Shown piece by piece: positions 48,993 to 58,702 of a DNA stretch of 64,000 nt. Source of the stretch: an uncultured Chloroflexia bacterium. Its GTDB lineage: Bacteria; Chloroflexota; Limnocylindria; Limnocylindrales; CSP1-4. Position numbers and translations under genes: made by a program. The notes beneath the pieces are model-generated. The model was not told the DNA's origin. It did no database searches and saw only the letters and a list, made by a program, of their open reading frames with translations. Within the stretch, counting starts at the first letter, position 1; each line of letters starts with the position of its first letter. The DNA is taken from positions 192,001 through 256,000 of the forward strand of contig CAWEYL010000001.1 in NCBI GenBank assembly GCA_963813335.1, given 5' to 3'.

Positions 48993-50600
48993 ATGGACTG
49001 GGCGGACGAACTCGCGGCACAGGTCCGCGATCGCGGACCCCAGGTCGTCAACGACTCGAAGACCCCATCGGGGACGGTCCACGTCGGGAGCCTGCGCGGG
49101 CCGGTCATCCTCGACACGATCACGCGCGCGCTGCGCGCGAACGGCATCGAGACGACGCTCCTCTACGGCGTCGACGACCTCGACCCGATGGACGCCCAGG
49201 CGCTCCTGACGCCCGACGCGGTCGAGCACGAGATGGGTCGCCCGCTGGCGCACGTGCCCGACCAGGCCGGTGACGGCCACGCCTCGTACGCGCGCCACCA
49301 CGCGCAGGTCTTCATCGACGTCTTCGCCGGGCTCGGCATCCACCCCGACCGCTACTACTGGATGAGCGAGATCTACCCCACCGGCGCCATGGACCCGTAC
49401 CTGCGCATCGCGCTCGACAGGGCCGCCGAGGTGCGCGAGATCTACCGCCGCGTCGCCAACGTCCAGCATCCCGATGCGTGGCACCCGGCGGGCGTCATCT
49501 GCCCGAACTGCGGCAAGGTCGGAACGACCATCGTGACCCAGTGGGACGGCGAGCAGGTCTACTACGAGTGCCGCGCACGCCACGTCGAGTGGGCCACCGG
49601 CTGCGGCGCGTCCGGCTGGATCTCGCCGTTCGGCGGCAACGCCAAGCTGCCGTGGAACCTCGAATGGGCCGCCCAATGGTCGCTGTTCGGCGTGACCATC
49701 GAGCCGTGCGGCAAGGACCTCTCGACCGCGGGCGGGTCGCGCGACCGCAGCGATGCCATCGCCCGCGAGATCTACGAGCGCGAGCCACCGCTCAACGTGC
49801 CCTACGAGTTCCTCAACATCGGCGGCAAGAAGATGTCGACGTCCAAGGGCCGCGGCGCGGCCGCCCACACCATCGCCGAGGTCATCCCGCCGGAGCAGCT
49901 CCGCTTCCTGTTCCTGCGTCCGAAGCCCAACCACGCGATCGAATTCGATCCCGACGGGACCGACCAGATCCCGCGCCTCTTCGACGAGTTCGACAAGTTC
50001 GCGGCGGCGACCGCGGGCCGCGAGGTCAAGGGCGAGCTGCCGCCCGGATATGCGGCGACGTTCCGCTACTCGCTGCTGGACCCCGGTGCGGACGTGGCCG
50101 CCGAAGCCGCCGCGTTCCGTCCCGCGTTCTCGCATCTCGCGCTGCTGGCCCAGGTCCCCGGCGTGGATGTCGCCGCACGCGTCGAGGCGGAGAAGGGGAG
50201 TGCGCTCGACGATCGGGAACGCGCGATCCTGGGCGAACGCGTCGCGGCCGCCCGTGCCTGGCTCGACGCCTACGCGCCGGAGCGATCGCTCGTGCGGGTC
50301 CACGAGACGATCCCGGCCGAGACGACGGACCTCGGCCCGACCGAGCGCCGCTTCCTCGCATCGCTGGCCGACGCGGCATCGGATGCGCGGCTCGAGACCG
50401 GCGATGCCTGGCAGGACGCCATCTTCCGCACGGCCGCCGCGACGGACCTGGAGCCGAGGGGAGCGTTCACCGCCCTCTATCTCGCGTTCCTCGGCCGATC
50501 CAACGGCCCGCGAGCCGGCTGGCTCCTGGCCAGCCTCGATATGGCGTTCGTGATCGACCGCCTGCGTGACGCCGGCCGGATCGGCGAGGTCGTGGCATGA
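48993..50600 (+). CDS. lysS: Class I lysyl-tRNA synthetase
   Basis: MDWADE, TPSGTVHVGSL, KLPW, EPCGKD, YEF, KMSTSKG, GPRAG. Confidence 0.92.
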   Translation: MDWADELAAQVRDRGPQVVNDSKTPSGTVHVGSLRGPVILDTITRALRANGIETTLLYGVDDLDPMDAQALLTPDAVEHEMGRPLAHVPDQAGDGHASYARHHAQVFIDVFAGLGIHPDRYYWMSEIYPTGAMDPYLRIALDRAAEVREIYRRVANVQHPDAWHPAGVICPNCGKVGTTIVTQWDGEQVYYECRARHVEWATGCGASGWISPFGGNAKLPWNLEWAAQWSLFGVTIEPCGKDLSTAGGSRDRSDAIAREIYEREPPLNVPYEFLNIGGKKMSTSKGRGAAAHTIAEVIPPEQLRFLFLRPKPNHAIEFDPDGTDQIPRLFDEFDKFAAATAGREVKGELPPGYAATFRYSLLDPGADVAAEAAAFRPAFSHLALLAQVPGVDVAARVEAEKGSALDDRERAILGERVAAARAWLDAYAPERSLVRVHETIPAETTDLGPTERRFLASLADAASDARLETGDAWQDAIFRTAAATDLEPRGAFTALYLAFLGRSNGPRAGWLLASLDMAFVIDRLRDAGRIGEVVA

Positions 50601-51934
50601 GCGTCGGGCTGCAACGGCTCCGCGACGAGCCGGACCTGATCCGCCAGGGCGCCATCGACAAGGGCGAGGACCCGGCCCTGGTCGACCGCGCGCTCGAGCT
50701 CGACGCCAGGCGCCGTCAGCTGCTCGGCGAGAGCGAGACCCTCAAGGCCGAGCGCAACGCCGCCTCGAAGCGGATCGGCGAGGCCATCAAGGGCGGCGCG
50801 GCCCCCGACGGCGACGAGGTCGCTGGGCTCAAGGCAGATTCGACCGCCGCCGGCGAGCGCATCAAGGTCCTCGACGCCGAGCTCGCGGAGGTCGAGGCCG
50901 CCCTCGACGACCAGCTCCTGCGGATCCCGAACCCGGCCGACCCGGACGTGCCGGTCGGTGGCGAGGAGGCCAACGTCACGATCCGCACGTGGGGCGAGCA
51001 GCTCCCGCTCGAGCAGCCGCTGGAGGGCGAGGTGGGCGCGGATGCCCCGGCCGGCGGCGCGACGTGGACGCGCAAGCCCCACTGGGAGCTCGGCGAGGCG
51101 CTCGACATCCTCGACAACGCGCGCGGCGCCAAGATCACCGGCTCGGGCTTCCCCGTCTACAAGGGGGCCGGCTCCGCGCTGCAGCGCGGCCTGATCAACT
51201 GGTTCCTCGACGTCCACACCCGCGAGCACGGCTTCACGGAGGTCTGGCCGCCCGCGGTCGTCAACGCCGACTCGGCGCGCGGCACCGGCCAGATCCCCGA
51301 CAAGGAAGACCAGATGTACGTCGTCACGCGCGACGAGCTCTACCTGGTCCCCACGGCCGAGGTCCCGGTCACCAACCTCCATCGCGACGAGATCTTCGAG
51401 GCGGCCGAGCTGCCGGTCCGCTACGCGGCGTACACCCCGTGCTTCCGCCGTGAGGCCGGGGCCGCCGGGAAGGACACCCGCGGGATCCTGCGCGTCCACC
51501 AGTTCGACAAGGTGGAGATGGTCCTGTTCGAGCGGCCGGAGGACTCTTCGGAAGCCCTCGAATGGATGACGGAGCGAGCGGAGATCCTGCTCCAGCGGCT
51601 GGGCCTCGCCTACCGCGTGCTCCTGATGAGCACCCGCGAGATGGGCTTCACGCAGGCGCGCAAGTACGACCTCGAGGTCTGGTCGCCCGGCGTGGAGCGC
51701 TGGCTGGAGGTCAGCTCCTGCTCGAACTTCAAGGACTTCCAGTCGCGCCGCATGGCCATCCGCTACCGGCCCGAACCGGGCGCCAAGGCCGAGCTCGTCC
51801 ATACGCTGAACGGGTCCGGCCTGGCCCTCGCCCGGATCGTCGCGGCCATCCTCGAGACCTACCAGCAGCCGGACGGCAGCGTGACGGTCCCGCAGGTCCT
51901 GCGCCCGTACCTGGGACGCGACCGGATCGCGTGA
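50597..51934 (+). CDS. serS: Seryl-tRNA synthetase
   Basis: IPN, KPHWELG, LVPTAEVP, CFRREAG, RVHQFDKVE, EVSSCSN, HTLNGSGLA. Confidence 0.97.
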   Translation: MSVGLQRLRDEPDLIRQGAIDKGEDPALVDRALELDARRRQLLGESETLKAERNAASKRIGEAIKGGAAPDGDEVAGLKADSTAAGERIKVLDAELAEVEAALDDQLLRIPNPADPDVPVGGEEANVTIRTWGEQLPLEQPLEGEVGADAPAGGATWTRKPHWELGEALDILDNARGAKITGSGFPVYKGAGSALQRGLINWFLDVHTREHGFTEVWPPAVVNADSARGTGQIPDKEDQMYVVTRDELYLVPTAEVPVTNLHRDEIFEAAELPVRYAAYTPCFRREAGAAGKDTRGILRVHQFDKVEMVLFERPEDSSEALEWMTERAEILLQRLGLAYRVLLMSTREMGFTQARKYDLEVWSPGVERWLEVSSCSNFKDFQSRRMAIRYRPEPGAKAELVHTLNGSGLALARIVAAILETYQQPDGSVTVPQVLRPYLGRDRIA

Positions 51935-51965
51935 ACATGGGTGGTGCGTCCGCGCACTGACCCGC

Positions 51966-53881
51966 ATGGGACTCCCGCCCGCGACGAAGGTCCGGTGGGA
52001 GGTTGCGGTACAGGCCCGTACGCTCGCGGGATCAACGCTCGTGCGGAGACCTGCCTTTTCCGTGTTCGGCTCCGAGCCGCGGATCCGCCGCCCCGTCCTC
52101 CTGCTACTCGTCTACGGCGCCTTCCTCGTGCTGGTCGGCGTCACTGCTTCGGCGCAGGCCTCGATGGTCACGTCCCACTTCACGGACGCCGCGACGAACG
52201 CCGTCGTCGGGGGTGATGTCGCATCGGTCAGGGTCCTGGTCGCCGGGGACCTGCTGAAGGGCACCGACCTGGCTGCGACGGGCGTCCCGGATCCTGTTCG
52301 GCAGGACCAGCTGCGGGAGGTCCTGGCAGCGCTCAACAGCGACGGCGGGATCCTCCATGCCGAGCTGCGCCGCGCGGATGGGACGCTGTTCGCCACGGAC
52401 CAGGAAGGCCCCGTGCCCGTGGTCCCGATCGTCGCGATCGACCAGGCCGCCGACGCCGCCATCGTCCCGCTCGCCGCCGCCGGCGCACACGCCGCCACCG
52501 GCATGACGGCGCCGATGATCCTCCGTGAGCGGCTGCCGATCATGGATCGGGCCGGCGCGCTCCTGGGCGAGCTGACCCTGTGGCGCGACGCCGGGCCGAT
52601 CCTGGCGAAGCTCGATGCCGTGCGCTTCCAGGTCGTGCTGGTCACGCTCAGTGCCGCGGCGGTCGCCGCCCTCTTGCTCTTCCTGATCTTCCGCTCGGCA
52701 CAGAAGCGCCTCAGCCGCCAGACGAAGGAGCTGATCGACTCGACCCGACGGGACCCGCTGACCGGCACCTACAACCACGGGGCGCTGGTGAGCCTGCTCG
52801 CAGGACGGATGGAGACCGCGAAGGCCAACGGCGAGCCCATCGCCGTGGCCCTCATCGACATCGACAACTTCACGCTGCTCAACGACCACCAGGGGCACCG
52901 GGCCGGCGACACGGTGCTCATGACCGTGCTCGATGTCCTCGATGAGGTCTGCCCGGTGGAGGCCGTGATCGGGCGCTACGGCCCGGACGAGTTCCTGGTC
53001 ATCGCGCCGCCGAACGACGTCGCCGGGCTCGAGCCCGCGATCGAGGCGGTCCGCGACGCATTGGTAGAGCGCAGCCTCGACGTCGATGCGGCTGACCGGC
53101 TGCCGATCACGATCAGCGCCGGGATCTCGACATATCCCAAGGACGGGGCGTCGTTGACCGTCCTGCTGGCGACCGTCGCCGCGACCCTCGGCGCGGCCAA
53201 GGCCAGCGGCGGCGACGAGATCAGGGTCACGGGCGATGAGGGGATCGTGGACGGCGGCGCCGCGACCTTCGACGTCCTGCAGGGTCTCGTCTTCGCGGTC
53301 GACACCAAGGACCGCTACACGAAGCGGCACTCGGAGGATGTGGCGCGCTACGCCATCTTCCTCGCCCGGCAGGCGGGCCTCGACGAGCAGACGGTCGGTG
53401 CCGTCCGACTGGCCGGGCTGCTGCACGACATCGGCAAGATCGGCATGCCCGACCATCTCCTACGCAAGCCAGGGGCGCTGACCGACGACGAGTACGAGAT
53501 CGTCAAGCAGCATGTCGTCCTCGGCGACCTGATCGTGCGAGACCTGCCCGACACGGACCTGATCCGCGCCGGGATCCGGCACCACCACGAGCGCTGGGAC
53601 GGGACCGGCTATGTCGACGGACTCGCCGGCGAGGCGATCCCGCTGATCGCCCGCATCGTGTCCGTCGCCGACAGCTTCTCGGCGATGACCACGTCTCGCG
53701 CCTATCGCAAGGCGCTCGACATGGACGAGGCGATCCGGCGCCTCAAGGGCGCGTCCGGGACACAGCTCGACCCCCACCTCGTCGAGCTTTTCGTGAGCAG
53801 GATGCAGACTGTGGCCGATGCTCCGCAACCCGGGCAGGACACGAGCGCGACGATCCGGCTCTGGGCGCCGAAGGCGGTCGC

Positions 53882-53885
<4 letters not shown>
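51966..53885 (+). CDS. Membrane-bound GGDEF(GPDEF)/HD-GYP cyclic-di-GMP signalling protein (start approximate)
   Basis: Two TM helices around an extracytoplasmic domain; DPLTG, DIDNF..LND..GH..GD, RYGPDEF; HSEDV, LHDIGK, HHERWDGTGY, VADSFSAMT..RAYR. Confidence 0.88.
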
Positions 53886-54859
<974 letters not shown>

Positions 54860-54890
54860 GGCTCGCCGACCCGCTGGTATCCTGCGCCAC

Positions 54891-54978
54891 GGAGAGGTGG
54901 CCGAGCGGTTGATGGCGGCGCTCTTGAAAAGCGCAGAGTCGAAAGACTTCGTGGGTTCGAATCCCACCCTCTCCGCCA
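54891..54978 (+). tRNA. tRNA-Ser (anticodon TGA)
   Basis: GGAGAGG/CCTCTCC acceptor stem, anticodon loop CTTGAAA, long variable arm, GGTTCGAATCC T-arm, encoded CCA. Confidence 0.96.
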
Positions 54979-55004
54979 GCGATCCGACCCGCCGGCGGGC
55001 GGGC

Positions 55005-55034
55005 TTGACGCATCCGGCGGGGCCCGCCCATACT
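55005..55034 (+). promoter_or_regulatory. Sigma70-type promoter of the trp operon
   Basis: TTGACG-N18-CATACT. Confidence 0.6.
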
Positions 55035-55049
55035 CCGCCCCTACATCAC

Positions 55050-55338
55050 GAAGAACGGGCTGTGAACGGGACGAGTACCCGTCGCACGTCGACCCAGAGA
55101 CCCGGTGGCTGGTGCGAACCGGGACGACGACGACAGGGAATGGACCCGGGAGCCTCCGGACCGAACGCGGAACTCCGCCAGTAGGCTCCGGCGCAGAGCG
55201 CCAGCGATACAGGGCAGCGCCGATCGGCGATGGTGGCGACACCATCCGACCCGTCGGTCACACGAGTGCGGCATCGCCGAATGAGGGTGGCACCGCGGAA
55301 GGCACGACCTTTCGTCCCGGGACGAATGGTCGTTTCCT
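55050..55338 (+). promoter_or_regulatory. Trp-specific T-box riboswitch
   Basis: Stem I motifs AGTA, CAGAGA, GCTGGTGCGAA; specifier GAA-TGG (Trp codon at 55141-55143); T-box GGGTGGCACCGCG at ~55285; terminator hairpin ACGACCTTTCGTCC/GGACGAATGGTCGT. Confidence 0.9.
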
Positions 55339-55358
55339 GATTCCAGAGGCCAACCGCG

Positions 55359-56979
55359 ATGACGACGACGGACCCGCTCAGCCTGGCCCAGGCGAAGCGC
55401 CTCGCCACCGAGGCGGACACGATCCTGCTGCGCGCCACCCGCCCGGCCGACCTCGAGACCCCGATCGGGGCGTTCCTGCGGCTCGACGACGGCGGGCCGG
55501 CCTACCTGCTCGAATCGGTCGAGGGCGGCGAGCGCCTGGGCCGCTATTCGTTCCTCGGCGTCGGACCGCGACGGCTGCTGGAGGTGCGCGACGGCGTCGC
55601 CCGCACGCAGACCCGACCGGTCACGGTCCCGACGTACGCGCCGGACCTGCCGATCGAGACGGCCCCGGCCGCCGACCCGCTCGAGGCGATCCGTGCGTTC
55701 GTGCCGCGCCGCCGGGTCCTGCCGGTCGACGGGATGCCGCGGTTCACCGGCGGCGCCGTCGGGGCGCTCGCCTACGACGCCGTCTCCACCTTCGAGCCGA
55801 CCGTCCCGCTCCCGGGGCGCGACCCCGTCAACGTCCCGCTCGCGGCGTTCATCGAGACAGACCTCGTCCTCGTCTTCGACCACCTCACTCACACGCTCTC
55901 GGCCATCGCCTCGCTGCACACCGAGGCACCCGACCTCGAGGGCCGCTACCGGATCGCCGAGGAGGCCATCTTCGAGGCGCTCGATCGGGCCGGGCGCCCG
56001 TCCGCCGCGGAGATCGCCGGCGCGGCGCGCCGGACCGGTGGGCTCCCGGCGGCTTCGCCGGCGCCGGTCGACACCAGCCTGGGTCGCGAGGCGTACATCC
56101 ACGCCGTCGAGGTGGCGAAAGAGGCGATCGCGTCCGGTGAGGCGATCCAGGTGGTCCTCGCCCGCCGCCAGTCGTTCGACCTGCCCGGCGACCCGGAGAC
56201 GGGCCGCACGCTCGACGGGATCGGGCTCTACCGGGCGCTCCGGCGCGTCAACCCCAGCCCGTACCTGTTCTTCGTCCGCACCCCGACCTTCGAGGTCGTC
56301 GGCGCCTCGCCCGGAGCTGCTGCTCCAGGTCGAGGGCGACAAGCTCACGACCCACCCGATCGCCGGGACCCGCCCCCGCGGCGTCGATGCCCGTGAGGAC
56401 GCGCTGCTCGCGGAGCAGCTCCAGCGCGACCCCAAGGAGCGGGCCGAGCACGTGATGCTCGTCGATCTCGGGCGCAACGACCTGGGTCGCGTGTCGCGGC
56501 CGGGGACCGTGACCGTCAGCAAGTACATGGAGGTCGAGCGCTACAGCCACGTCCTCCACCTCGTCTCGCACGTCGAGGGGCGGCTCCGGCCGGACCTCGA
56601 CGCCCTCGACGCGCTGCGGGCGGTCTTCCCGGCCGGCACGCTGTCGGGCGCGCCCAAGGTCCGGGCGATGCAGCTGATCGCGGCCGCCGAGGGCGAGCGC
56701 CGCGGCCTGTACGGCGGGGCGGTGGGCTATCTCGGCTACGACGGCAACCTCGACACCGCGATCACCATCCGGAGCGCGGTCCTCAAGGACGGCCAGGCCC
56801 ACGTCCACACCGGTGCGGGCATCGTCGCGGGCTCCGTGCCGGAGCGCGAGTTCGAGGAGACCGACCACAAGGCCGCCGCGGTGCGGCGGGCGATCGACCT
56901 GGCGGCGGGCGTCCCCGACGCGCCGACCGCCGACGACGACGCCCCGGCCGCCGAACCCGTCATCGGAGCGCGGACGTGA
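55359..56979 (+). CDS. trpE: Anthranilate synthase component I (+1 frameshift near 56310)
   Basis: [52 protein letters not shown]. Confidence 0.93.
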
Positions 56980-57632
56980 TCCTCGTCATCGACAACTACG
57001 ACAGCTTCACGTTCAACCTCGTCCAGGCGCTGCAGTCGGCCGGCGCGGATGTCCGGGTGCTGCGCAACGACGCGATCGACCGCGCCGGCGTGGAAGCGCT
57101 CGCCGACGATCCGGCGGCGCACCTGCGGGGCATCGTGATCTCGCCGGGGCCAGGCGATCCCGACGACGCCGGCGTCTCGGTCGAGGCGATCCAGGCCGCC
57201 GCCGCGCGGGAGATCCCGGTGCTCGGCGTCTGCCTCGGGATGCAGTCGATGGCGGTCGCGTTCGGGGCGACGATCGTGCGGGCGCCGACCCTCGTCCACG
57301 GCGAGGCGTCCGAGGTGACCCACGACGGCGCGGGGCTGCTGGCCGGCATGCCGCCGGCGTTCATGGCCGCGCGCTACCACTCGCTGGCGGTCGACCCGGC
57401 GACCCTGCCGCCCGAGCTCCGCGTCACCGCGATGAGCGAGGTCGACCGGGTCGTGATGGGCCTGCGCCACACGTCGCTGCCGCTCGAGGGCGTGCAGTTC
57501 CATCCCGAGAGCGTGCTCACCCCGGAGGGCCCGCACCTCCTCGCCAACTTCCTGCGCCTCGCCGGGGAAGGGGAGGCATCGCGGCTCGACGCGGTGTCCG
57601 GTTCGTTCGCGACCGCCGGGATGGCCGAATGA
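56976..57632 (+). CDS. trpG: Anthranilate synthase component II (class I GATase)
   Basis: [29 protein letters not shown]. Confidence 0.95.
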   Translation: MILVIDNYDSFTFNLVQALQSAGADVRVLRNDAIDRAGVEALADDPAAHLRGIVISPGPGDPDDAGVSVEAIQAAAAREIPVLGVCLGMQSMAVAFGATIVRAPTLVHGEASEVTHDGAGLLAGMPPAFMAARYHSLAVDPATLPPELRVTAMSEVDRVVMGLRHTSLPLEGVQFHPESVLTPEGPHLLANFLRLAGEGEASRLDAVSGSFATAGMAE

Positions 57633-58702
57633 GCGGCCACGTCCGCGCCGCGCTGGCGACGATCGTCGAGGGCGGCTCGCTGTCGCTCGAGGACGCACGG
57701 GTCGCCATGGGCGAGGTCATGGACGGCGAGGCCACCCCGGCACAGCTCGCCGCCATGCTGATGGGCCTGCGGATGCGCGGCGAGACCATCGACGAGCTGG
57801 CCGGGTTCGCGACCGCGATGCGCGAGCGCGTCGTGCACGTCGATGCGCCCCAGGGCGCCATCGACGTCGTCGGGACGGGCGGCGACGGGAGCGGGACCTT
57901 CAACATCTCGACCAGCGCCGCGCTCGTCGCGGTGGGCGCCGGCGTCGTCGTCGCCAAGCACGGCAACCGGGCGATCACCTCGCAGGCAGGCTCCGCCGAC
58001 GTCCTCGATGCGCTCGGCGTGCGCATCGACCATGACGCCGCGTCAGCGGGCGAGGCCCTCCGGACCGTCGGCTTCGCGTTCATGTTCGCCCCGCGGTTCC
58101 ACCCGGCGATGCGCCACGCCGGCCCGACCCGCGGCGAGATCGGCGTGCGGACCGCGTTCAACCTCCTGGGGCCGCTCACGAATCCGGCCGGGACCACGCG
58201 CCAGCTGCTCGGCGTCGGCGACCCGGCCGCTGCCGCCCGGATCGCCGAGGTCGCCCAGCGGCTCGGGACCGAGCGGACGTTCGTCATCCACGGCGACCGC
58301 GTCGACGAGCTGCCGCTCGACGGGAGCGGCGTGCTCTACCACGTCGCCCCGGACGCCATCGTCCGCCACGAGATCGACGCCGCGAAGCTCGGGTTCAAGC
58401 GGGTGGCCACGGCCAAGCTCAGCGGCGGCACGCCCGGCGAGAACGCCCGGATGGTCGAGGCGATCCTGCGCGGCGAGCCCGGGGCACGGCGCGACGTGGT
58501 CGTGCTGAACGCGGCCGCCGCGCTGCTGGTCGCCGGCGCCGTCGGGTCGATGGAGGAGGGGATCGATCGCGCGACGCTGACGATCGATGCGGGCCTCGCC
58601 GCCGATGCGCTCGAGGCCCTGCGCGCCGAACGGCGGGCCGCCGACGCGGCGGCCGCCACCGCAGCCGAGGCTGGCGCGGACAGCACGAAGGCGCCAGCGT
58701 GA
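57629..58702 (+). CDS. trpD: Anthranilate phosphoribosyltransferase
   Basis: GTGGDG..TFNIST, KHGNR, GSAD, RTAFNLLGPLTNP. Confidence 0.95.
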   Translation: MSGHVRAALATIVEGGSLSLEDARVAMGEVMDGEATPAQLAAMLMGLRMRGETIDELAGFATAMRERVVHVDAPQGAIDVVGTGGDGSGTFNISTSAALVAVGAGVVVAKHGNRAITSQAGSADVLDALGVRIDHDAASAGEALRTVGFAFMFAPRFHPAMRHAGPTRGEIGVRTAFNLLGPLTNPAGTTRQLLGVGDPAAAARIAEVAQRLGTERTFVIHGDRVDELPLDGSGVLYHVAPDAIVRHEIDAAKLGFKRVATAKLSGGTPGENARMVEAILRGEPGARRDVVVLNAAAALLVAGAVGSMEEGIDRATLTIDAGLAADALEALRAERRAADAAAATAAEAGADSTKAPA

